From NCBI GenBank assembly GCA_965140415.1, contig OZ223209.1, positions 1,600,001 to 1,664,000 of the forward strand: a stretch of DNA of 64,000 bases. The letters are read 5' to 3'. Source of the DNA: Myxococcota bacterium. Its GTDB lineage: Bacteria; Myxococcota_A; SURF-8. Of this stretch, positions 20,179-29,533 are shown piece by piece. How positions within the stretch are numbered: the first letter of the stretch is position 1; each line of letters opens with the position of its first letter. A model generated the notes under the pieces. The model was not told the DNA's origin. It ran no database searches and was given only the letters and a program-made list of their open reading frames with translations. The position numbers and the translations under genes are program-made.

Positions 20179-21417
20179 ATGGTTTTAGCCTACCTTACGG
20201 AAGTCTATAATATCCTGTTGGAATTGTCGCCTTCACTGTTGTTGGGACTATTGCTCGCCGGAATCCTGCAAGTGTATCTGCCCAAAGGCTTGATACAGCG
20301 CCGGTTGAGCCGCAACAACACTCGTAGTGTACTGGAGGCGGTGCTTTTGGGTGTACCGATGCCGCTGTGCTCTTGCGGTGTTGTACCCACGGCCATCGGT
20401 TTGCGTAATGGCGGTGCCAGCAAGGGAGCGGCTACGGGTTTTTTAATCAGCACACCACAAACCGGTTTGGATTCCATTCTGGTGTCGGCTTCCTTTTTGG
20501 GGTGGCCTTTTGCATTGTTCAAAGTAGTTGCTGCATTCGTTACCGGCATGATCGGCGGATTGCTGGTCAATGCCACCGAGAAAGCGCAGCCGGTTAACCC
20601 GTTGGCGACACTTCCCGAAATGGAGTCCGACTCACCACAAAAACGCCATCCGTTCGATGTGCTGCGCTACGCCGTTTTCGATCTGCTGGCGGCTATCGAT
20701 CTATGGTTGATTGTCGGCATTCTATTGGCGGCTTTGATCGGCTGGCTGGTGCCGGATGGAGCCCTGTCCGATATGACTTGGACGCAAGGCATTGGTGGAA
20801 TGTTGATCGCATTGGCTTTTTCCATGCCGTTATACGTTTGCACGACCGGCAGCGTTCCCATCGCAGCGTCGCTGATCGCAGCAGGTATGCCGTTGGGAAC
20901 GGCGTTGGTTTTTTTAATGGCCGGACCGGCTACCAATATCGCAACCATGAGCATTATCTACCGTGCGTTGGGTAAGCGTGTATTGGCGATTTATCTGGGT
21001 GTAGTTGCTTTGATGAGCATGCTGTTCGGTCTGTTTTTTCAATGGGTGCTGGGAGCAGGGGCTGGGACCTCAGTGCAGATGCAACACAGTCATCACGAAA
21101 GTGATTGGCTTGCCATGGCCAGTGCGGCGATTCTGGTGTTTCTATTGGCGCTGCTCTCCGTGCAACGTCTACAGAGGCGCTTCAGCGTGCCCATTAAATC
21201 ACAAGGAGATACCGGTTTGGAACTGATACTAAACGTGGAAGGGATGAGTTGCCAGCATTGCGTGGCGACAGTCAAGAAGACATTGGAAGCACAACCCGGC
21301 GTACAGCAGGCGACTCCCGATCTGAATTCAGGAAGAGTGGCTATCGAAGGAGAAAATCTGGATGGCCAGGCGCTGGCGCAGGTGGTTGAAAAAGCGGGAT
21401 ACAAAGCCAGCCTGTAA
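20179..21417 (+). CDS. ArsP/DUF318-type permease (SO_0444-like Cu/Zn efflux) with C-terminal HMA domain
   Basis: PMPLCSCGVVP, PLYVCTTGSVP, LMAGPATN, His patch HSHH, GMSCQHC. Confidence 0.88.
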   Translation: MVLAYLTEVYNILLELSPSLLLGLLLAGILQVYLPKGLIQRRLSRNNTRSVLEAVLLGVPMPLCSCGVVPTAIGLRNGGASKGAATGFLISTPQTGLDSILVSASFLGWPFALFKVVAAFVTGMIGGLLVNATEKAQPVNPLATLPEMESDSPQKRHPFDVLRYAVFDLLAAIDLWLIVGILLAALIGWLVPDGALSDMTWTQGIGGMLIALAFSMPLYVCTTGSVPIAASLIAAGMPLGTALVFLMAGPATNIATMSIIYRALGKRVLAIYLGVVALMSMLFGLFFQWVLGAGAGTSVQMQHSHHESDWLAMASAAILVFLLALLSVQRLQRRFSVPIKSQGDTGLELILNVEGMSCQHCVATVKKTLEAQPGVQQATPDLNSGRVAIEGENLDGQALAQVVEKAGYKASL

Positions 21418-21470
21418 AACGTCGATTAAGGGTGCTTGTTTCCGTTTTGGTTCGTTGTGCGAAGATCTTT

Positions 21471-22250
21471 TTACAAAATGCGAAGATCGTCCAGGTCGAT
21501 ATGGTGAACCCGCTGGTGATAGCGGAATCCGCCGACATTCAGCAGGGTCGTCTCTCCCAACGTCGATTGAGCCAACTTGGGATTGTGAATGTGACCATAT
21601 AGGTGGAGCTTGGGTTTGGTTTGCTGGATGTAGTCATTGACCATCGTGCCTCCACCCTCATTGCGCTTGGCCACCGTGTCCCAGGTCAGATCGTCAATGG
21701 CCGGAGGAAAGTGGGTGCAAAGGATATCCACTTTGCCGATGGACCACAGCTTTTCCGCGTAAGCTTCATCCGTATGTTCACCGGGCAGGTTGATCGAATA
21801 AGGATAGCTGCCCGTACCTCCAACCATTCCGATACGTACCCCGTTGATTTCCTTGACAGCTCCATCGATGTAGCGCTCTCCCAATGCCTCGGACAAGAGT
21901 TGGGGATAATCCACGTTGCCATGAGTGACCAGTGCATTTTCGGGGAGTATCTCCGCTAAAATCTTGTATTCTTTTCGTATTTCGACTTCCGCTTTTTTCA
22001 CTCGTTCCGGGTGATGGAAGAACAGACGATTGGCTGTTTCTAGTGCTTTTTTAGGACCGCCAACACCCAGATTCATGAGAATCTGTGCAATGTCGGTTTT
22101 GGTTAGCACTCGCGCCGCTACACCTGAAAGTGTATGAAAATCAATAAGATTCAGGTTGTCCCCCAGCAGGAAAACCGGTTGATCCGGATCGAGGTGTTGT
22201 TTAAGACGATTGTGCGCACCGTGTACGTCGGCAACAAATTGCAGGATCAT
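21471..22250 (-). CDS. Calcineurin-like metallophosphoesterase
   Basis: DVHG, GDNL, GNVD, THFPP, GHIH motifs; start trimmed to ATG 22250. Confidence 0.85.
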   Translation of the reverse strand: MILQFVADVHGAHNRLKQHLDPDQPVFLLGDNLNLIDFHTLSGVAARVLTKTDIAQILMNLGVGGPKKALETANRLFFHHPERVKKAEVEIRKEYKILAEILPENALVTHGNVDYPQLLSEALGERYIDGAVKEINGVRIGMVGGTGSYPYSINLPGEHTDEAYAEKLWSIGKVDILCTHFPPAIDDLTWDTVAKRNEGGGTMVNDYIQQTKPKLHLYGHIHNPKLAQSTLGETTLLNVGGFRYHQRVHHIDLDDLRIL

Positions 22251-22516
22251 ATCCGTTCCTTTCACAAGAGACTGAAAAGACTCTATCAGACGAGGAAAAT
22301 CTGTCAAGTACGCGCTTTTTTGTTGTCCTCTTGTCCTTTTGGCACAGACACTCTGATGCCATCTTGCCATAATAAAAATTAAAGAAGATTGCTTTTCTGC
22401 TTGAAAGCTGAGCAAAAATACATGATGATAGAAAAGGATTGTGATTTGGTGAGAGTGGCATACTGGGTAGTATCGAAGATCCTGATTGATTTGTCCGTAT
22501 CGGGTGGGAGGTTGTA

Positions 22517-24301
22517 TTGGAAATGGAGTCGAATTCCCTTTCGAAGGTCTTACATAAAACTCGCTCAACACGCATTCTCGTAGTAGACGACGAGGATCTG
22601 GTACGAGGCGTTTTCCTACGCGCGCTGGAGCGTTGGGGGTATCAGGTCGATGGTGCTGCGGATGCAGAGACTGCGTTCAGTATGGTTAAGGGATTCAGTT
22701 ACGATTTGATCCTCAGCGATGTACGTATGCCGGAAAAAGATGGCGTCTGGTTGTTGTCTCAGGTCGAAACCCTGGAAAATCCACCCATGATGATGATGGC
22801 TACCGCTCATGCCGAGTTGGATGTTGCCATTCACTGCCTGACTCACGGCGCATATGATTTGCTGCTCAAGCCGGTCGAACTGGGCTATTTGAAATCCAAG
22901 GTGGAATCTGCGGTCCAGCATATGCATCTGCTGGAGGACCGGAAGCGGCACCAGGAATTGCTGGAAGAAGTGGCTATCGCCGAGCGTTGGCGTTCGCAAC
23001 AAATGTTTCTTAGCGCCATGGATGCTCTCAATCGTGCCCTTGAAGCGAAAGATGTCTATACCGAAGGTCATTCCGCTCGCGTGGCGGTGATCAGTGAAGG
23101 CATTGCGACGCATTTGAACCTGTCGACCGGCCAGATAAACGATGTCATTACGGCAGCGCGTATTCACGATATCGGGAAAATCGGCGTGGAAGATTCCGTA
23201 TTGCTCAAGCCGGGTAAGCTCACGGATGAAGAATTCGAGGAAATCAAGCGTCATTCGACGATCGGAGCCCGTATTCTTTCTCCGATCTTTAAAGACCGCA
23301 CTGAAATCGTTGCGATGGTCAAACATCACCATGAACGTTTTCTTGGTGGAGGCTACCCAGACGGCATCAGCGGGGAACAGATCCCCTTTTTGGCGCGGAT
23401 CATCACCGTGGCGGATTCCTACGACGCCATGACGTCTACACGCGTCTATCGCCAGGCGCGTTCCAGCAAAGAAGCCGTGAACGAAATCATTAAATGGACC
23501 GGCAAGCAATTCTGTCCCACGGCAGTTAAAGGCTTCTTGCGCTTTTACCGACATGCCATTTCCACCGAACTTAAACAGGATGCCTGGCAGGATCAGCGCC
23601 GCAATGAGCGCTATGAGTGCGATTCCAACTTGAACCTGTTGTACAAAGGTGAGGAGGAATTTGTAGCAGCTCTGGATGTTTCCAACAGTGGCATTCGCTT
23701 GCTAACTTCCATGGATCTACCCATTGACTCGGAAATTCGAATTGAACTGGAGCGCATGGAGCAGTTGGAGGCGCGCATCAAGTGGTCAACGGAAACTACG
23801 CAGAATGGCGAACCGCAGCGAATGGTCGGCGGTGAAATTTTGAACCCGCATGATGCGTTTCTGGAATTCGTTCAGCAGGCGTCTTTGCGGGAAGCCGAAC
23901 GGCGGCTTTCTCCGAGAGTGTACCAGTTCATTCCAGTTGAGATAACCCATGATGAAGAAAAGGCACAGCTAAACATTCTGAACCTTGGGCTGGATGGGGC
24001 GTTTATTCAAACCAGAACGCCTTTAATGCAGGGGGAAAAGTTCTTTTTCCGCTTCACCTTGCCCGATCCGGAGGAACACGTTATCGAAGGCCGCGGTGTG
24101 GTCATGCATCAACTGTCGCTGGAAGACGCGCTCAAGATCGAGCGTGCCATTCCCGGTATGGGAGTTCGTTTCTTCGAAATGGAACAAAGTGTGCTTAAAA
24201 CGTTGGAACGTTTTGTACTGGATCAGGCTGCCAGCCGCCGATGGTCAGCAGCCGGTAACGTGAATTTCCCGATTGCGGAACCTGAGGCTCAATCGGAATA
24301 G
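22517..24301 (+). CDS. Response regulator with HD-GYP c-di-GMP phosphodiesterase domain and two PilZ domains
   Basis: ILVVDDE..SDVRMP..LLKP (REC); HDIGKIG..HHHERFLGGGYPDG..VADSYDAM; RRNERY..DVSNSG; RRLSPR..NLGLDG..GMGVRF. Confidence 0.9.
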   Translation: MEMESNSLSKVLHKTRSTRILVVDDEDLVRGVFLRALERWGYQVDGAADAETAFSMVKGFSYDLILSDVRMPEKDGVWLLSQVETLENPPMMMMATAHAELDVAIHCLTHGAYDLLLKPVELGYLKSKVESAVQHMHLLEDRKRHQELLEEVAIAERWRSQQMFLSAMDALNRALEAKDVYTEGHSARVAVISEGIATHLNLSTGQINDVITAARIHDIGKIGVEDSVLLKPGKLTDEEFEEIKRHSTIGARILSPIFKDRTEIVAMVKHHHERFLGGGYPDGISGEQIPFLARIITVADSYDAMTSTRVYRQARSSKEAVNEIIKWTGKQFCPTAVKGFLRFYRHAISTELKQDAWQDQRRNERYECDSNLNLLYKGEEEFVAALDVSNSGIRLLTSMDLPIDSEIRIELERMEQLEARIKWSTETTQNGEPQRMVGGEILNPHDAFLEFVQQASLREAERRLSPRVYQFIPVEITHDEEKAQLNILNLGLDGAFIQTRTPLMQGEKFFFRFTLPDPEEHVIEGRGVVMHQLSLEDALKIERAIPGMGVRFFEMEQSVLKTLERFVLDQAASRRWSAAGNVNFPIAEPEAQSE

Positions 24302-24306
24302 GCGTA

Positions 24307-25788
24307 TCAGTAGGCGTAATTAAGTCCTATCCCAACCGTACCCACAAATCCTTTCGACGAGTAACCCGGAAAGCCGGGGTTGTTGGTTTGCAATCCCTCG
24401 CTGGAGGCAACAATGTCGCCGCTGCGGATATCCACCGATTCCGGGAATTCATCCAATAGCAGATCGGGATCTTTGGTGTGGCTACGGGGAACCAGCACTT
24501 CAAACTGTAAATGCCATTCCAATGACAGCCCCTCCACCCAGGGCAGGTGGTAGGTGTTACCGATACTGGCTTCCACACGGTCGTTGTCTACGTAATTTGT
24601 GCGACCGGTCTGTTCCGGAACCGGGGTGGGCAACCAGGCTACTCCGGCGCGCACCTCCAGCCAGTCTATAGGGTGGGCTTGAAAACCAAGCCGTACGGTA
24701 TAGGTGTCTTCGAAACCGTTCGTTCCGTTTGCGGCGATCTCATCCTGAAATTCCGACCAGCGTAACCAGGCGGCGTCTACACTGATCGTAACGGCTTCTG
24801 GAATATCGAACCGTAACCCCGCGCTTAACGTGCGCGGCGAAAACGAAGCGGCGTAGCGGAAAGTCTGCTTGGTGATCGGTTCTCCCTGATAGATTTCGAA
24901 ATTCCAGAATTGCAACTCGTTGTTGATTTCGGCGTTGAACCAGGACCGGTCGCGGAAATTGATGCCCAGGCCGAACCAGTCCAGCGGTTCGATCTGTAGA
25001 CCCACTGAAAGCGCGGCGTCGTAGCGGATATCCGTATCCATCGCGAAATAGATCGTCTCCTGCTCCAGGGCGTCGGGAACGAACATCTTGCTTTTTACGG
25101 CGACATTGGCGAAGACGTTAACGGCCAGACCGAAACCAAGCCAGTCCAACGGACGAAACGCGATGCTACCCAGCGCTGTAGGCCGCCGGACCTTGCGGTT
25201 CAATAACTGGAAGTAAAGCTGATTCGAGAAAAACTGCTCGCGTTCATCCACAAAATGGAAATCGTAGCTCAGTAGAGTTTGCAGCGGCACTTGAAAGGCA
25301 ATGCCCAGGCGAAACCAGTCCAGACCGAAGTCGTGTACGATACCGCCGGATAGCAGTATCGCCATGGGATCGTCGGTGGTGTTTTGCCGTGGGGACAGAA
25401 TTTCATCGGTGGGTAAATAGCGTACCGTCGCCTTGGTGGCGTCGCCACCGGTTTGAATCGAATCGTATACCTCAACCGGAACGTCGTAACCGGAAGGGCG
25501 CTCGTCCAGGTTGATTTCCACATCATCGAAACTGATGGCCAGATGAAAACCGAAATGCGGTTTGATAAAGCCCATACGACCTGGGTTGTAGTAGATAGCC
25601 GAGTAGTCATCTACCGAAGCCGTCGCGGCACCGGCGCGACCGATCGAGCGGGAGGAAAAACCGTATAGATCCAGCGGTGAGGCGCTGGCCGTTGCGGAGC
25701 ATAAGACCAGCATCGATAACGAAGCGATCCAGAAAAAAGCGAGCCGGATACACAAGTTGGGAATCGAACGAAAAGCTCTTGGCATCAT
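24307..25788 (-). CDS. FadL/OmpP1-family outer-membrane channel for hydrophobic compounds
   Basis: Signal peptide; YGFSSRSIGRAGAATASVDDYSAIYYNPG; alternating beta strands; C-terminal GLNYAY. Confidence 0.85.
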   Translation of the reverse strand: MMPRAFRSIPNLCIRLAFFWIASLSMLVLCSATASASPLDLYGFSSRSIGRAGAATASVDDYSAIYYNPGRMGFIKPHFGFHLAISFDDVEINLDERPSGYDVPVEVYDSIQTGGDATKATVRYLPTDEILSPRQNTTDDPMAILLSGGIVHDFGLDWFRLGIAFQVPLQTLLSYDFHFVDEREQFFSNQLYFQLLNRKVRRPTALGSIAFRPLDWLGFGLAVNVFANVAVKSKMFVPDALEQETIYFAMDTDIRYDAALSVGLQIEPLDWFGLGINFRDRSWFNAEINNELQFWNFEIYQGEPITKQTFRYAASFSPRTLSAGLRFDIPEAVTISVDAAWLRWSEFQDEIAANGTNGFEDTYTVRLGFQAHPIDWLEVRAGVAWLPTPVPEQTGRTNYVDNDRVEASIGNTYHLPWVEGLSLEWHLQFEVLVPRSHTKDPDLLLDEFPESVDIRSGDIVASSEGLQTNNPGFPGYSSKGFVGTVGIGLNYAY

Positions 25789-25847
25789 TACTTCTTCCTT
25801 TTTCCGCCTAAAATTCAGGCGCTTCGCTGTGTCACCGCGTGCGAATC

Positions 25848-26795
25848 TTATTCTTCCTCGTCCAGCGGTACCGCGTAGGACATCGGATCGTAACTGAAGA
25901 ACACCTGTTGCTGGGCGACCAGTTCCTCACAGGTCAGCGCCTGTGGAAGCTTGATCATCTCAAAGCGATGCAAATCCGCATTTTCCTGGCGTACCAGGTC
26001 AAGTTGAATATCCAAGACCGGTGTATCCGAGCCAATCGTCATCATTTCCACCGTGGAATCGACCAGACCTTCCGCCTTGCCACCACAGAACATTTCTCCG
26101 ATGAATTCCCGCCAGAAGCGCATCACAACGTACACTTCTCCCTGCACTGCGCCATTCAAGCGGGCGGTCAAGCCGGGCTTTCCGTCTTCGTCGAAATCTA
26201 CGACCTCCGTATCTTCCGGCTCTTCTGGCAGCGGATCGTTTTGCGGATCGGTAAACAGGCTTTCATCGGCGCCATACAGATCCAGGAATTCCTCGGTTTG
26301 AAAGGTGGCTCCTTTTTCAAGCGACGTAAGCGAGGCCTGCCGTTGGCGAATGGGAATGTGTTCCACCGCGACATCGGGGAAGATGATTTCCAGTCCTTTG
26401 TCTTCCACGATATTCATATCCAAACTACAGATATGCTCGCTGAAGGATAAATCGGTGCCTGTCTGTTCGACATCCATGAACTCGATTCCAACCAGTACCA
26501 GTTGCACTTTGCCAAAAATCGGGAAAACCGTGGTGTAGGCGATAGCGAATTTCAGACCCCATGGGCCACTGATATCGTCATAACCGGAGGCGACGTCACA
26601 GCCGAAAAGAATACCGTCGGAATCGCTCTCGGTGTCTCCGTCGGTAACAAGATCGCTGTCTCCCTGATCGCCGGGGTTCGGGTCGTCATCTCCCCCGCAG
26701 CCAAGCGGCAACCAGCAAAGGGACAACGATAGCAACAATAGTAATGTACCCTGTGTCAGTCGGACGGGCGCATGCTGAACGGCGTTTCGAATCAT
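25848..26795 (-). CDS. Uncharacterised lipoprotein, paralogue A
   Basis: Lipobox PLGC, DGD linker; core shared with 26996-28066 (DGKPGLTARLNGAVQGEVYVVMRFWR). Confidence 0.82.
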   Translation of the reverse strand: MIRNAVQHAPVRLTQGTLLLLLSLSLCWLPLGCGGDDDPNPGDQGDSDLVTDGDTESDSDGILFGCDVASGYDDISGPWGLKFAIAYTTVFPIFGKVQLVLVGIEFMDVEQTGTDLSFSEHICSLDMNIVEDKGLEIIFPDVAVEHIPIRQRQASLTSLEKGATFQTEEFLDLYGADESLFTDPQNDPLPEEPEDTEVVDFDEDGKPGLTARLNGAVQGEVYVVMRFWREFIGEMFCGGKAEGLVDSTVEMMTIGSDTPVLDIQLDLVRQENADLHRFEMIKLPQALTCEELVAQQQVFFSYDPMSYAVPLDEEE

Positions 26796-26823
26796 GAGCG
26801 GAAATCTCCCGTAAAATGGTGAT

Positions 26824-26876
26824 TTTTCAGATATTTCTGAAAATAGTAAAACTACCAGATAGAGTCAAGTAAAAGT
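26824..26876 (-). promoter_or_regulatory. Sigma70 promoter with overlapping palindromic operator, copy A
   Basis: TTGACT-17-TATTTT on the minus strand; TTTTCA-N8-TGAAAA at 26824-26843. Confidence 0.65.
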
Positions 26877-26905
26877 TCTCCCGGCGCTTTTAACGCCGGA
26901 AGAAC
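26871..26905 (-). terminator. Intrinsic terminator of paralogue B
   Basis: Minus strand TTCTTCCGGCGT-loop-GCGCCGGGAGAA followed by CTTTT. Confidence 0.55.
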
Positions 26906-26995
26906 GAATTCCCACCCCCATCCCCGCTATGATTGCATTTCAGTGGTGTAGTAGAGTGAGGGAGTGGAGGTTTTCTTCCCCAAGATTTCAAAGAA

Positions 26996-28066
26996 TCAGC
27001 GATCTCCGTCCGCCTCGTCCAGCGGCACCGCGTAATCCATGGGGTTGTAGGTGAAGAATTCGTCCTGTCGGGCGACCAGTTCTTCGCAGGAAAGATCCTC
27101 GGAGAGTTTGACGCCTTCGAACCGATGCAGGTCGGGGTTATCCATGTATTGCAGGTCCAGTTGCACGTCGAGCACCCAGGGATCGGCGTCTAGGGTGACC
27201 ATTTCGACTTCCGAACGGGTAGCGCCTTCCATCTTTCCGGGGCAGACCAGCGCACCATCCAGCACGCGCCAGAAGCGCATCACCACATAGACTTCTCCCT
27301 GCACAGCGCCATTGATTCGCGCCGTCAGACCGGGTTTGCCGTCGTTTTCGAAATCGACGACTTCCGGGGCTTCGGCATCGGTGGGTAAGGGATCGTAACG
27401 GGGGTCATCGTACATGCTGGCGTCCACGCCGTAAAGATCCAAAGCCGGAGGAGTGGTTAGAAATTCGCCGCCTTTTTCAAGTGCGGAAATGCTGGCGTGG
27501 CGGGGATTGACCGGGAAACTCTGGATGGCTACATCCGGGAAAATGACCTGGAAATCCTTGTCTTCCACTACATCCATATCGAAGCTGCAAATCTGTTCGG
27601 TAAAGGTAAAGTCGTTGCCGTCGTGTTCCGCCTGCAAACGCGCTACGCCGCTCATGACCATCTGAACTTTGCCGAAAATGGGATAGACACTGGTGTAGGC
27701 GATGGAAAAGCGCATGGTCCACAAACCCGAGAGATCTTCGTAACTGAAGTTGCCGTCACAGCCGAAATTGGGAGAATCCATATCGTAATCGATATCTCCA
27801 GGAGAGGAGTTTCCTTCAGAGTCTTCTTCTGCATCTCCGTCAGTAGCTGTACAGTTTCCATTGATACATTGCAGTCCCTCGTTGCAACTGGAGTCCAGGT
27901 AACATTTTTCTCCCTCGCCCCCATATTCGTCGTATTCGTTGCAAGCAATAACTACTGTTGTAAAAGCGAATATCAGTAGCAAGGCTGAAATAGGAAGACC
28001 GTGATATTGCTTCAAATAAAAGGAAGAACCATCAAGGTGGTTTCTGGATCGGATGTAACGGTTCAT
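26996..28066 (-). CDS. Uncharacterised lipoprotein, paralogue B, with an extra small Cys module
   Basis: Lipobox VVIAC; GEKCYLDSSCNEGLQCINGNC; core similar to paralogue A; AGGAG RBS before ATG 28066. Confidence 0.82.
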   Translation of the reverse strand: MNRYIRSRNHLDGSSFYLKQYHGLPISALLLIFAFTTVVIACNEYDEYGGEGEKCYLDSSCNEGLQCINGNCTATDGDAEEDSEGNSSPGDIDYDMDSPNFGCDGNFSYEDLSGLWTMRFSIAYTSVYPIFGKVQMVMSGVARLQAEHDGNDFTFTEQICSFDMDVVEDKDFQVIFPDVAIQSFPVNPRHASISALEKGGEFLTTPPALDLYGVDASMYDDPRYDPLPTDAEAPEVVDFENDGKPGLTARINGAVQGEVYVVMRFWRVLDGALVCPGKMEGATRSEVEMVTLDADPWVLDVQLDLQYMDNPDLHRFEGVKLSEDLSCEELVARQDEFFTYNPMDYAVPLDEADGDR

Positions 28067-28095
28067 GTCGGCGCTCCTGATCGATACGGATCGCG

Positions 28096-28149
28096 TTTTC
28101 AATTATTTCTGAAAATAGTAAAACATCAGGCAAGAGTCAAGGTAAAAGT
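28096..28149 (-). promoter_or_regulatory. Sigma70 promoter with overlapping palindromic operator, copy B
   Basis: TTGACT-17-TATTTT on the minus strand; TTTTCA-N8-TGAAAA at 28096-28115. Confidence 0.65.
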
Positions 28150-28207
28150 CCAGCTATAAAGAAAAGGGGTTGTAACATGTGAGAATTACAATTGATTGCA
28201 CTGGCTT

Positions 28208-29059
28208 TCAGGCTGTCGATTGTTGCTGGGCTACCGTCAGGAAACGTGCCAGTAAGCGCCCGAGTGCATGACGGCGGTAGTCCGCCTTGCTGCGGATGTC
28301 GTCGATCGGCGTGATTTCTTTTGTAGCGGCTTCGGCTGCTTTTTCGATGTGCTCGTGATCCAGCGGATTTCCAATGAGAATCGTTTCGGCCTGCTTCAGT
28401 CGCATGGCGACCGGACCGACGCTGCCTGCCGCTAACCGAGCATTGGCAACCAGGTTTCCTTTGAATTCAAGATACCCGGCCAGAGAGAGCTTGGAGATGG
28501 CCTGGGCCTGGCGCGGACCGAGTTTGAAGAAAGCGGAAACGGCTCCGTGAGGTGGCACGGGTGCCAAAACGGCAGTAAGCAGTTCGTCTTCGGCCAGATC
28601 CATAGTGCGGTAGCCGGTATAGAATTCTTGCAGCGGAACCACTCGTTCTCCGCGTGGTGAAGCGAGTCTGACCGAAGCGTCGTATACCAATAGCGGCGGA
28701 ACGAGATCCGCGGCGGGGCTGGCATTGACCAGGTTTCCGCCGATGGTTCCCATGTTCCGAATGCCGGGTGCGCCGATGCTTTCGGCAGCCTGCCCCAATG
28801 CTGGCAGATCGCGGCGGATGTGACCATCGCGTTCCAGCGCGGTGTGGGTCGTCATCGCGCCGATTTCGATATCCATTCCTTCGATCAGAATGCCGTAGAG
28901 CTCGTCGATTTCGTTGATGGTAATCAACTGCTCCGGTTTGTTTTCGCCGCCGTGAAACTGCGCCAGCAGATCGGTTCCGCCCGCAATATAGCGTGCATTG
29001 GGATGTTCCGTTTTGGCCTGCACGGCCTGGGCGACTGTTTTCGAGATCAGGATGTCCAT
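28208..29059 (-). CDS. Xanthine dehydrogenase family FAD-binding subunit (CoxM-like)
   Basis: IAGGTDL, IRNMGTIGGNLVNASPAAD, PIDDIRSKADYRR. Confidence 0.92.
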   Translation of the reverse strand: MDILISKTVAQAVQAKTEHPNARYIAGGTDLLAQFHGGENKPEQLITINEIDELYGILIEGMDIEIGAMTTHTALERDGHIRRDLPALGQAAESIGAPGIRNMGTIGGNLVNASPAADLVPPLLVYDASVRLASPRGERVVPLQEFYTGYRTMDLAEDELLTAVLAPVPPHGAVSAFFKLGPRQAQAISKLSLAGYLEFKGNLVANARLAAGSVGPVAMRLKQAETILIGNPLDHEHIEKAAEAATKEITPIDDIRSKADYRRHALGRLLARFLTVAQQQSTA

Positions 29060-29062
29060 CGT

Positions 29063-29533
29063 TTACCAACCTTTATCGGCTATCGCAGCCTGAACGGCCT
29101 CGATGATCATTTCGTAACCGGTGCAGCGACAGAGATTACCTGCCATGGCTGTTTGAATCTGCTCCCTTGTCGGTTCCGGTTCATAGGCCAACAACGCATA
29201 GGCAGCCATCATCATGCCGGGCGTACAGAAACCGCATTGCACCGCCTGCGCTTTTTCGAATCCACGCCGGATGCGCCCGCCTAATGGCGTCAACACCATG
29301 CCCTCCAGAGTCATGATCTGCGCATCGTTCGGCACGGTGGCCGCCAGTTGCAGGCAGGATAACACCAGTTGATCGTTAAGCAGGATGCTACAAGCACCAC
29401 ATTCGCCTTCGCCGCAGCCTTCCTTGGTTCCCATCAGATTCAGTTGATCGCGCAGCACGTCCAGCAGGCGCGCATCATCTTCGAATTGCAACGTGCGAGG
29501 GCGTTTGTTCACCCACCATTTCTTCTCGATCAT
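29063..29533 (-). CDS. Xanthine dehydrogenase family 2x[2Fe-2S] subunit
   Basis: GTKEGCGEGECGAC, QCGFCTPG, GNLCRCTGY. Confidence 0.95.
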   Translation of the reverse strand: MIEKKWWVNKRPRTLQFEDDARLLDVLRDQLNLMGTKEGCGEGECGACSILLNDQLVLSCLQLAATVPNDAQIMTLEGMVLTPLGGRIRRGFEKAQAVQCGFCTPGMMMAAYALLAYEPEPTREQIQTAMAGNLCRCTGYEMIIEAVQAAIADKGW

